NCBI GenBank assembly: GCA_030390025.1
Contig: CM059431.1
Coordinates: forward strand, 114,268,001-114,332,000
Length of the DNA stretch: 64,000 nucleotides
Reading direction: 5' to 3'
From: Squalus acanthias
Taxonomy: Eukaryota
Shown piece by piece: positions 15,001-27,097 of this stretch. A program made the position numbers and the translations under genes. Each line of letters starts with the position of its first letter. The stretch's first letter is position 1. The notes beneath the pieces were generated by a model. That model did not search any database. It was not told the origin of the DNA and worked only from the letters and a program-made list of their open reading frames with translations.

Positions 15001-18000
15001 TGCAGGTGACTTTAATTAACAGGCATTGAGTGCAGGTACCTGTAATGTACAGGCATTGAGTGCAGGTAACTGTAATGTACAGGCATTGAGTGCAGGTAAC
15101 TGTTATAAACACGCATTGAGTGCAGGTACATGTAATGTACAGGCATTGAGAACAGGTAACTTTAATTAACAGGCATTGAGTGCAGGTACCTGTAATGTAC
15201 AGGCATTGAGTGCTGGTACCTGTAATGCAAAGGCATTGAGTGTAGGTACCTATAATGTACAGGCATTGAGTGCTGTTAACTGTAATGTACAGGCATTGAG
15301 TGCTGCTACCTGTAACGTACAGAAATTGAGTGCAGTTACCTGTAATATACAGGAATTGGGTGCAGGTACCTGTAATTTACAGGCATTGAGTGCAGGTTCC
15401 AGTGTTTTACAGGCAGTGAGTGCACGTTCCTGTAATGTACAGGCATTGAGTGAAGATAACTCTAATTAACAGGTATTGAGTGCAGATCCCTGTAGTCTAC
15501 AGGCATTGAGTGCAGGTACCTGTAATGTACAGGCATTGAGTGCAGGCACCTATATTGTACAGGCATTCAGTGCAGATAAATGTAATGCACAGGCATTGAG
15601 TGCAGGTACCTGTAATGTACAGGCCTTGACTACAAGTACATGTAATATACAGGCATCAAGTGCAGGTTCCTCTAATTTCAAGAATTGAGAGCAGGTCCCT
15701 GCAATTTACAGACATTGAATGCAGGTACTAGCATTATACAGGCATTGATTGCAGCTATCTGTAATATACAGGCATTGAGTGCAGGTAGCTGTAATATACA
15801 GGCATTGAGTGCAGGTACCTGTAATATACAGTGATTGCGCACAGATGCCTGTAATGGACTGGCATTGAGCACATATACCTGTAATATACAGGCATTAACT
15901 GCAGGTATTTTTAATATACAGGCATTGACAGCAGGTACCTGTAATGTACAGGCATTAAGTGTAGCTACCTGTAATGTACAGGCATTGAGTTCGGGTACCG
16001 GTAATGTACAGGCATTCAGTGCAAATAACTGTAATGTACAGGCATTGAGTGCAAGTAACTGTGAAGTACAGGCATCAAGTGAAGGTACCTCTAATTTCAA
16101 GCCTTGAATGCAGGTACCTGTAATTTACAGGCATTGAATGCAGGGACATGCATTATGCAGGCATTAATTGCAGGTACCTGTAATATACAGGCATTGAGTG
16201 CAGGTAACTATTATATACAGGCATTAAGTGCAGGTACATGTAATGTACAGGCATTGAGTGCAGATAACTGTAATGTACAAACATTGAGAGCAGGTACCTG
16301 TAATGTACAGGCATTGAGTGCTGGTACCTGTAATGTACATGCATTGAGTCCAGGTACCTGTAATGTACAGGCATTGAGTGCAGGTACCTCTAATGTACAG
16401 GCATTGAGAGCAGGTAACTTTAATTAACAGGCATTGAGTGCAGGTACCTGTAATGTACAGGCATTGACTGCAGATACCTGTAAAATACAGGCATTGATTG
16501 CAGATAACTTTAATTAACAGGCATTCAGTGCAGGTATCTGTAATGTAAAGGCATTGAGTGCAGGTACCTGTAATGTACAGGCATTCAGTGCAGATAACTG
16601 TAATGTACAGGCATTGAGCGCTGCTACCTGAAATGTACAGGCATTGAGTGCAAGTAACTGTGAAGTACAGGCATCAAGTGAAGGTACCTCTAATTTCAAG
16701 CCTTGAGTGCAGGTACCTGTAATTTACAGGCATTGAATGCAGGGACATGCATTATACAGGCATTAATTGCAGGTAGCTGTAATATACAGGCATTGAGTAC
16801 AGGTACATGTAATATACAGGGATTGCACAGAGATGCCTGTAATAGACTGACATTGAGAGCATATACCTGTAATATACAGGCATTAAGTGCAGGTATTTGT
16901 AATATACAGGCATTGAAAGCAGGTAACTGTAATGTACATGCATTGAGTGCAGGTAATTGTAATGTACAGGCATTGAGTGCAGGTACCTGTAATGTACAGA
17001 CATTGACTGCAGATACCTGTAAAATACAGGCATTGATTGCAGATATCTTTAATTAGCAGGCATTGAGTGCAGGTACCTGTAATCTACAGGCATTGAGTGC
17101 AGGTACCTGTAATCTACAGGCATTGAGTGCAGGTACCTGTAATGTACAGGCATTCAGTGCAGATAACTTTAATGTACAGGCATTGAGCGCTGCTACCTGA
17201 AATGTACAGGCATTGTGTGCAAGTAACTGTGAAGTACAGTCATCAAGTGCAAGTACCTCTAATTTCAAGCCTTGAGTGCAGGTACCTGTAATTTACAGGC
17301 ATTGAATGCAGGGACATGCATTATACAGGCATTAATTGCAGGTACCTGTAATATACAGTCATTGAGTGCAGGTAACTGTTATATACAGGCATTAAGTGCA
17401 GGTACATGTAATGTACAGGCATTGAGTGCAGATAACTGTAATGTACAGGCATTGAGTGCAGGTTCCTGTAATGTACAGGCATTGACTGCAGGTACCTGTA
17501 ATGTACAGGCATTGAGTCCATGTACCTGTAATGTACAGGCATTGAGTGCAGGTACCTCTAATGCACAGGCATTGAGAGCAGGTAACTTTAATTAACAGGC
17601 ATTGAGTGCAGGTACCTGTACTGTACAGGCATTGACTGCAGATACCTGTAAAATACAGGCATTGATTGCAGATAACTTTAATTAACAGGCATTCAGTGCA
17701 GGTATCTGTAATGTAAAGGCATTGAGTGCAGGTACCTGTATTGTACAGGCATTCAGTGCAGATAACTGTAATGTACAGGCATTGAGCGCTGCTACCTGAA
17801 ATGTACAGGCATTGAGTGCAAGTACCTCTAATTTCAAGCCTTGAGTGCAGGTACCTGTAATTTACAGGCATTGAATGCAGGGACATGCATTATACAGGCA
17901 TTAATTGCAGGTAGCTGTAATATACAGGCATTGAGTGCAGGTACATGTGATATACAGGGATTGCACAGAGATGCCTGTAATAGACTGGCATTGAGCACAT

Positions 18001-21000
18001 ATACCTGTAATGTACAGGCATTGAGAGCGGGTACCGGTAATGTACAGGCATTCAGTACAAATAACTGTAATATACCGGCATTGAGTGCAGGTACCTGTAA
18101 TGTTCAGGCATTGACTGCAGGTAACTGTAATTAACGGACATTGAGTGCAGATAACTGTAATCTACGGGCATTGAGTGCAGGTAATGTATTGAACAGGCAT
18201 TGAATGCAGGTACCTGTAATGCACTGGCTTTAAGTGCAGGTACATGTAATGTACAGGCGTTGAGTGCAGGTACTGTAATATACAGGCATTGAGTGCACAT
18301 AAATGTAATATGCATGTATTGAGTGTTGGTAACTGTAACCTAAATCATTGAGTGCAGGTATCTGTAATAGGCACACATTGAGTGCAGGTACATGTAATGT
18401 ACATTCAATGAGTGCAGGTACCTGTAATATACAGGCATTGAGTGCAGGTACTTGTAATGTATCAACATTGACTGCAATTAACTGTAATGTACAGGCATTG
18501 AGTGCAGGTAACTGAAATATACAGGCATTGATTGCAGGTAACATTAATTAACAGGCATTGAGTGCAGGTACCTGTAATGTACAGGCATTGAGTGCAGGTA
18601 CCTGTAATGTACAGGCATTGAGTGCAGGTACCTGTATTGTACAGGCATTGAGTGCAGCTCCCTGTAATATACAGGCATTGAGTGCTGATAACTGTAATGT
18701 ACAGGCATTGAGTGCTTCTACCTGTAATGTACAGCATTGAGTGCAGGTACCTGTAATATACAGGCATTGGGCACAGGTCCTGTAATTTACAGGCATTGAG
18801 TGCAGGTACCTGTGTTTTACACACACTGAGTGCATATATCTGTAGTCTACAGGCATTGAGTGCAGGTAATGGTAATTAACAGGCATTGAGAGCAGATACC
18901 TGTAATATGCAGGCCTTGAGTGCAGGTAACTGTAATGTACAAGCATTGAGTGCAGTTATCTGTTATATACAGGCTTTGAGTGCAGGTAACTGTAATGTAC
19001 AGGCATTGAGTGCAGTTAACTGTTATATACAGGCATTGCGTGCAGGTACCTGTAATGTACAGGCATTGAGAGCAGGTAACTTTAATTAACAGGCATTGGA
19101 TGCAGGTAATGTAATCTATAGGCATTGATTGCAGGTACCTGTAAAATAATGGCATTGATTGCAGGTAACTTTAATTAACAGGCATTGAGTGCAGGTACCT
19201 GTAATGTACAAGCATTGAGTGCATGCACCTGTAATGTACAGGCATTGAGTGCAGGTACCTGTAATGTACAGGCATTGAGTGCAGGTAATTGTAACGTACA
19301 GGTATTGAGTGCAGGTAACTGTAATGTACAGGCATTGAGTGCAGGTAACTTTAATTAACAGGCATTGAGTGCAGGTACCTGTACTGTACAGGCATTGACT
19401 GCAGATACCTGTAAAATACAGGCATTGATTGCAGATAACTTTAATTAACAAGCATTCAGTGCAGGTATCTGTAATGTAAAGGCATTGAGTGCAGGTTCCT
19501 GTAATGTACAGGCATTCAGTGCAGATAACTGTATTGTACAGGCATTGAGCGCTGCTACCTGAAATGTACAGGCATTGAGTGCAAGTACCTCTAATTTCAA
19601 GCCTTGAGTGCAGGTACCTGTAATTTACAGGCATTGAATGCAGGGACATGCATTATACAGGCATTAATTGCAGGTTGCTGTAATATACATGCATTGAGTG
19701 CAGGTACATGTAATATACAGGGATTGCACAGAGATGCCTGTAATAGACTGGCATTGAGCGCATATACCTGTAATATACAGGCATTGAGTGCAGGTAATGT
19801 ATTGAACAGGCATTGAATGCAGGTACCTGTAATGCACTGGCTTTAAGTGCAGGTACATGTAATGTACAGGCGTTGAGTGCAGGTACCTGTAATATAAAGG
19901 CATTGAGTGCACATAAATGTAATATACATGTATTGAGTGTTGGTAACTGTAACCTAAATCATTGAGTGCAGGTATCTGTAATATGCACACATTGAGTGCA
20001 GGTACATGTAATGTACATTCAATGAGTGCAGGTAGCTGTAATATACAGGCATTGAGTGCAGGTACTTGTAATGTATCGACATTGACTGCAATTAACTGTA
20101 ATGTACAGGCCTTGAGTGCAGGTAACTGTAATGTACAAGCATTGAGTGCAGTTATCTGTTATATACAGGCTTTGAGTGCAGGTAACTGTAATGTACAGGC
20201 ATTGAGTGCAGTTAACTGTTATATACAGGCATTGCGTGCAGGTACCTGTAATGTACAGGCATTGAGAGCAGGTAACTTTAATTAACAGGCATTGGATGCA
20301 GGTAATGTAATCTATACGCATTGACTGCAGATACCTGTAAATACAGGCATTGATTGCAGATAACTTTAATTAACAGGCATTCAGTGCAGGTATCTGTAAT
20401 GTAAAGGCATTGAGTGCAGGTACCTGTAATGTACAGGCATTCAGTGCAGATATCTGTAATGTACAGGCATTGAGCGCTGCTACCTGAAATGTACAGGCAT
20501 TGAGTGCAAGTACCTCTAATTTCAAGCCTTGAGTGCAGGTACCTGTAATTTACAGGCATTGAATGCAGGGACATGCATTATACAGGCATTAATTGCAGGT
20601 AGCTGTAATATACAGGCATTGAGTGCAGGTACATGTATTATACAGGGATTGCACAGAGATGCCTGTAATAGACTGGCATTGAGCGCATATACCTGTAATA
20701 TACAGGCATTAAGTGCAGGTATTTGTAATATACAGGCATTGAAAGCAGGTAACTGTAATGTACATGCATTGAGTGCAGGTACTTGTAATGTACAGGCATT
20801 AAGTGCAGGTACCTGTAATGTACAGGCATTGAGAGCGGGTACCGGTAATGTACAGGCATTCAGTACAAATAACTGTAATATACCGGCATTGAGTGCAGGT
20901 ACCTGTAATGTACAGGCATTGACTGCAGGTAACTGTAATTAACGGACATTGAGTGCAGATAACTGTAATCTACGGGCATTGAGTGCAGGTAATGTATTGA

Positions 21001-24000
21001 ACAGGCATTGAATGCAGGTACCTGTAATGCACTGGCTTTAAGTGCAGGTACATGTAATGTACAGGCGTTGAGTGCAGGTACCTGTAATATACAGGCATTG
21101 AGTGCACATAAATATACATGTATTGAGTGTTGGTAACTGTAACCTAAATCATTGAGTGCAGGTATCTGTAATATGCACACATTGAGTGCAGGTACATGTA
21201 ATGTACATTCAATGAGTGCAGGTACCTGTAATATACAGGCATTGAGTGCAGGTACTTGTAATGTATCAACATTGACTGCAATTAACTGTAATGTACAGGC
21301 ATTGAGTGCAGGTAACTGAAATATACAGGCATTGATTGCAGGTAACATTAATTAACAGGCATTGAGTGCAGGTACCTGTAATGTACAGGCATTGAGTGCA
21401 GGTACCTGTAATGTACAGGCATTGAGTGCAGGTACCTGTATTGTACAGGCATTGAGTGCAGCTCCCTGTAATATACAGGCATTGAGTGCTGATAACTGTA
21501 ATGTACAGGCATTGAGTGCTTCTACCTGTAATGTACAGCATTGAGTGCAGGTACCTGTAATATACAGGCATTGGGTACAGGTCCTGTAATTTACAGGCAT
21601 TGAGTGCAGGTACCTGTGTTTTACACGCACTGAGTGCATATATCTGTAGTCTACAGGCATTGAGTGCAGGTAATGGTAATTAACAGGCATTGAGAGCAGA
21701 TACCTGTAATATGCAGGCCTTGAGTGCAGGTAACTGTAATGTACAAGCATTGAGTGCAGTTATCTGTTATATACAGGCTTTGAGTGCAGGTAACTGTAAT
21801 GTACAGGCATTGAGTGCAGTTAACTGTTATATACAGGCATTGCGTGCAGGTACATGTAATGTACAGGCATTGAGAGCAGGTAACTTTAATTAACAGGCAT
21901 TGGATGCAGGTAATGTAATCTATAGGCATTGATTGCAGGTACCTGTAAAATAATGGCATTGATTGCAGGTAACTTTAATTAACAGGCATTGAGTGCAGGT
22001 ACCTGTAATGTACAAGCATTGAGTGCATGCACCTGTAATGTACAGGCATTGAGTGCAGGTACCTGTAATGTACAGGCATTGAGTGCAGGTAATTGTAACG
22101 TACAGGTATTGAGTGCAGGTAACTGTAATGTACAGGCATTGAGTGCAGGTAACTGTTATATACAGGCATTGAGTGCAGGTACATGTAATGCACAGGCATT
22201 GAGTGTAGGTATCTATAATGTACAGGCATTGAGTGCTGTTAACTGTAATGTACAAACATTGAGTGCTGCTACCTGTAACGTACAGGCATTGAGTGCAGTT
22301 ACCTGTAATATACAGGGATTGGGTGCAGGTACCTGTAATTTACAGGCATTGAGTGCAGGTTCCAGTGTTTTACAGGCATTGAGTGCACGTTCCTGTAATA
22401 TACAGGCATTGAGTGAAGGTAACACTAATTAACAGGCATTGAGTGAAGATAACTCTAATTAACAGGTATTGAGTGCAGATCCCTGTAGTCTACAGGCATT
22501 GAGTGCAGGTATCTGTAATGTACAGGCATTGAGTGCAGGCACCTATATTGTACAGGCATTCAGTGCAGATAAATGTAATGCACAGGCATTGAGTGCAGGT
22601 ACCTGTAATGTACAGACCTTGACTACAAGTACATGTAATATACAGGCATCAAGTGCAGGTTCCTCTAATTTCAAGAATTGAGAGCAGGTCCCTGCAATTT
22701 ACAGACATTGAATGCAGGTACAAGCATTATACAGGCATTGATTGCAGCTATCTGTAATATACAGGCATTGAGTGCAGGTAGCTGTAATATACAGGCATTG
22801 AGTGCAGGTACCTGTAATATACAGGGATTGCGCACAGATGCCTGTAATGGACTGGCATTGAGCACATATACCTGTAATATACAGGCATTAACTGCAGGTA
22901 TTTTTAATATACAGGCATTGACAGCAGGTACCTGTAATGTACAGGCATTAAGTGTAGCTACCTGTAATGTACAGGCATTGAGTTTGGGTACCGGTAATGT
23001 ACAGGCATTCAGTGCAAATAACTGTAATGTACAGACATTGAGAGCAGGTAACTTTAATTAACAGGCATTGGGTGCAGGTGCCTGTAAAATAAAGGCATTA
23101 ATTGCAGGTAACTTTAATTAATAGGCATTGAGTGCAGGTACCTGTAATGTACAGGCATTGAGTGCAGGTACCTGTAATGCACAGGCATTGACTGCAGGTA
23201 CCTGTAATGTTCAAGCATTGGTTGCAGGTACCTTTAATTTACAGGCAGTGAGTGTAGGTACCTACAATGTACAGGCATTGAGTGCTGTTAACTGTAATGT
23301 GCAGGCATTGAGTGCTGCTACCTGTAACGCACAGGCATTCAGTGCAGTTACCTTTAATATACAGTCATTGGGTGCAGGTACCTGTAATTTACAGGCATTG
23401 AATGCAGGTTCCAGTGTTTTACAGGCATTGAGTGCTGGTACCTGTAATGTACAGGCATTGAGTGCACGTTCCTTTAATATACAGGCATTGAGTGAAGACA
23501 ACTCGAATTAACAGGCATTGAGTGCAGGTCCCTGTAGTCTACAGGCATTGAGTGCAGGTACCTGTAATATACAGGCATTGAGTGCAGATACCTATAATGT
23601 ACAGGCATTCAGTGCAGATAACTGTAATACACAGGCATTGAGTGCAGGTATCTGTAATGTACAGGCCTTGACTACAAGTACATGTAATATACAAGCATCA
23701 AGTGCAGGTTCCTCTAATTTCAAGAATTGAGTGCAGGTACCTGCAATTTACAGACATTGAATGCAGGTACATGCATTATACAGGCATTGATTGCAGGTAT
23801 CTGTAATGTACAGGCATTGAGTGCAGGTACCTGTAATGTACAGGCATTGAGTCCAGGTACCTGTAATGTACAGGCATTGAGTGCAGGTACCTCTAATGTA
23901 CAGGCATTGAGAGCAGGTAACACTAATTAACAGGCATTGAGTGCAGGTACCTGTAATGTACAGGCATTGGCTGCAGATACCTGTAAAATACAGTCATTGA

Positions 24001-26207
24001 TTGCAGATAACTTTAATTAACAGGCATTCAGTGCATGTACCTGTAATGTACAGGCATTGAGTGCAGGTACCTGTAATGTACAGGCATTCTTGCAGATAAC
24101 TGTAATGTACAGGCATTGAGCGCTGCTACCTGAAATGTACAGTCATTGAGTGCAAGTAACTGTGAAGTACAGGCATCAAGTGAATGTACCTCTAATTTCA
24201 AGCCTTGAGTGCAGGTACCTGTAATTTACAGGCATTGAATGCAGGGACAAACATTATACAGGCATTAATTGCAGGTAGCTGTAATGTACAGGCATTGAGT
24301 GCAGGTATGTAATGTACAGGCATTGAGAGCAGGTAACTTTAATTAACAGGCATTGGGAGCAGCTAGTGTAACGTATAGGCATTGATTGCAGGTACCTGTA
24401 AAATAATGGCATTGATTGCAGGTAACTTTAATTAACAGGCATTGAGTGCATGCACCTGTATTGTACAGGCATTAATGAGGGTACCTGTAATGTACAGGCA
24501 TTCAGTGCAGGTAACTGTAATGTACAGGCATTGAGTATCGGTAACTGTTATATACAGGCATTGAGTGCAGGTACCTGTAATGTACAGGCATTGAGTGCAT
24601 GTACCTGTAATGCACAGGCATTGAGTGTAGGTATCTATAATGTACAGGCATTGAGTGCTGTTAACTGTAATGTACAGGCATTGAGTGCTGCTACCTGTAA
24701 CGTACAGGCATTGAGTGCAGTTACCTGTAATATACAGGGATTGGGTGCAGGTACCTGTAATTTACAGGCATTGAGTGCGGGTTCCAGTGTTTTACAGGCA
24801 TTGAGTGCACGTTCCTGTAATATACAGGCATTGAGTGAAGGTAACTCTTATTAACAGGCATTGTGTGCAGATCCCTGTAGTCTACAGGCATTGAGTGCAG
24901 GTACCTGTAATGTACAGGCATTGAGTGCAGGTACCTATAATGTACAGGCATTCAGTGCAGATAACTGTAATGCACAGGCATTGAGTGCAGGTACTTGTAA
25001 TGTACAGGCCTTGACTACAACTACATGTAATTTACAGGTATCAAGTGCAGGTTACTCTAATTTCAAGAATTGAGTGCAGGTCCCTGCAATTTACAGACAT
25101 TGAATGCAGGTACATGCATTATACAGGCATTGATTGCAGCTATCTGTAATATACAGGCATTGAGTGCAGGTAGCTGTAATATACAGGCATTGAGTGCAGG
25201 TACCTGTAATATGCATGGATTGCGCACAGATGCTTGTAATGGACTGGCATTGAGCACATATACCTGTAATATACAGGCATTAACTGCAGGTATTTGTAAT
25301 ATACAGGCATTGACAGCAGGTACCTATAATGTACAGGCATTAAGTGCAGGTACCTGTAATGTACAGGCATTGAGTTCGGATACCAGTAATGTACAGGCAT
25401 TCCGTGCAAATAACTGTAATGTACAGGCATTGAGTGCAGGTAAATGTATTATACAGAAATTGAGTGCAGGTACCTGTAGTCTACAGGCATTGAGTGCAGG
25501 TAATGGTAATTAACAGACATTGAGTGCAGCTACCTGTAATCTACGGGCATTGAGTGCAGGTACCTGTATTGAACAGGCATTGAATGCAGGTACGTGTAAT
25601 ATACAGGCATTGAGTGCAGATAACTAATATTCATGTATTGAGTGCTGGTAACTGTAATCTACATAATTGACTGCATGTATCTGTAATATACAGGCATTGA
25701 GTGCAGGTACACATAATGTACAGGCATTGAGTGCAGGTAAATGTAATGTACAGGCTTTGAGTGCAGGTACCTGTAATGTACAAGCATTGTGTACAGTTAC
25801 CTGTAATGTATAGGTATTGAATGCAGGTAACTGTAATATTCAGGCATTGAGTGCAGGTACCTCTAATGTACAGGCATTGCTTGCAGGTAACTGAAATATA
25901 CAGGCTTTGAGTGCAGGTACCTGTAATTTACAGGCATTGATTGTAGGGCACTGTAATGTACAGGCATTGAGTGCAGGTATCTGTAATATAAAGGCATTGA
26001 GTGCAGGTTCATGTAATATGCAGGCATTGAGTGCAGGTACCTGTAATGTACAGGCATTAAGTGCAGGTACCTGTAATGTACAGGCATTAAGTGCAGGTAC
26101 TTGTAATGTAAGGCATTGAGTGCAGGTAAATTTAATTAACAGGCATTGAGTGCACGTACCTGTAATATGCAGGGATTGAATGCAGGTACCTGTAATGTAC
26201 AGGCATT
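1..26207. repeat. 30-bp tandem satellite array, left segment (continues beyond window start)
   Basis: Head-to-tail copies of TGTAATGTACAGGCATTGAGTGCAGGTACC with scattered substitutions and occasional 1-2 bp indels. Same orientation throughout. The 10-aa periodicity of the ORF track (CNVQALSAGT etc.) confirms the period. Confidence 0.99.
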
Positions 26208-26222
26208 GGGGAAATATTCAGT
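26208..26222 (+). repeat. Left terminal inverted repeat of element A
   Basis: GGGGAAATATTCAGT matches the reverse complement of 27082-27096 at 14/15 positions. Confidence 0.85.
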
Positions 26223-27081
26223 TGGTTTGCACCTCCTGTTAGCGCCTTAAGAGGGCGCTAATGGGGCGCAAAGCAACTTGCGCCTGTGTGCAGCGATGTT
26301 TGCGCCACTCATGAAATTAACTAGACATTTTGCAGCGGCGCTAAACACTACCCCACGATCTTTTACGCCAGCAGATCGTGACGTCAGTCAAGTGTGCAAC
26401 GCCCCGGTAGTGCCCCGGACCGGATATTGAGTGGCGGCCCCTGCCTTGCCACCTGCCGCTAGCAACGACATGTTGAGGGGAGCGTTTTGCAGTAAGGAAG
26501 GGACTGGGGGAGCGCTATTTAAAGGTGAACGCTTTCTGTTTTTTTTTGTTGGTGACATTTTTGCACCACGCATTCTGAGAGAGAGAGAGGAGACTTCTGG
26601 AGAGATTCAACGCTGTGCGAAGGAGTTTTGGGTACTGAGCTGCACTTTGCAGTTTCATTTTGAATTGCCCTTCCTTGTATCGATTTAGAAGAGACTGTGG
26701 TGGCTGCACTCTGAGCTCTTTCCCTGGTTCTCTCCATTGTTCTTTCCAACAGATTTGATGTACAGGTCTCTCCAGGCTGAGATTCAAGATTGCAATGAGC
26801 AGGATGTGGATGGAGAGCAAGGTCAACCCTCCCCTTTAAGAAATGGCGGCGCCATTGTGTCTGTGTTCAATTGCTGACTGACATCACATGAGCTTCGCCA
26901 GCGCTCTGAGGAAGCGCCTCACTCCTTGGCCTTTGTGCCTTAAGACAGGTGTGAAGGGCCTGATTTAGCGCTGCAATCACCTCCAGGGGCGATAAAAGCC
27001 AGTTTGCAGGCGAAGGTGATAATTAGCGCCAGGTGCTCATTTTTGCGCCCGGCCGATATTTTGCACACCAAATGGAGCGAT

Positions 27082-27097
27082 ACTGAATTTTTCCCCC
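27082..27097 (-). repeat. Right terminal inverted repeat of element A
   Basis: ACTGAATTTTTCCCCC; its reverse complement matches the left end with one mismatch and one extra G. Confidence 0.85.

Larger units (their letters stand above)
26208..27097. mobile_element. Non-autonomous TIR DNA transposon / internal-deletion derivative (element A, 890 bp), PIF/Harbinger-like
   Basis: Unique sequence interrupting the satellite. Left end GGGGAAATATTCAGT (26208-26222); right end ACTGAATTTTTCCCCC (27082-27097, revcomp GGGGGAAAAATTCAGT). Flanks ATT (26205-26207) / ACT (27098-27100). Clustered subterminal TTWGCGCC motifs. No transposase-length ORF. Superfamily is inferred from GG termini plus a 3-bp TSD. 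Confidence 0.85.

Noticed and set aside
26388..26826. Short ORFs (61-103 aa) in element A as intact genes
   Set aside because: They overlap on both strands, cross a T-run and a (GA)n tract, and have no recognisable domain or DDE motif.
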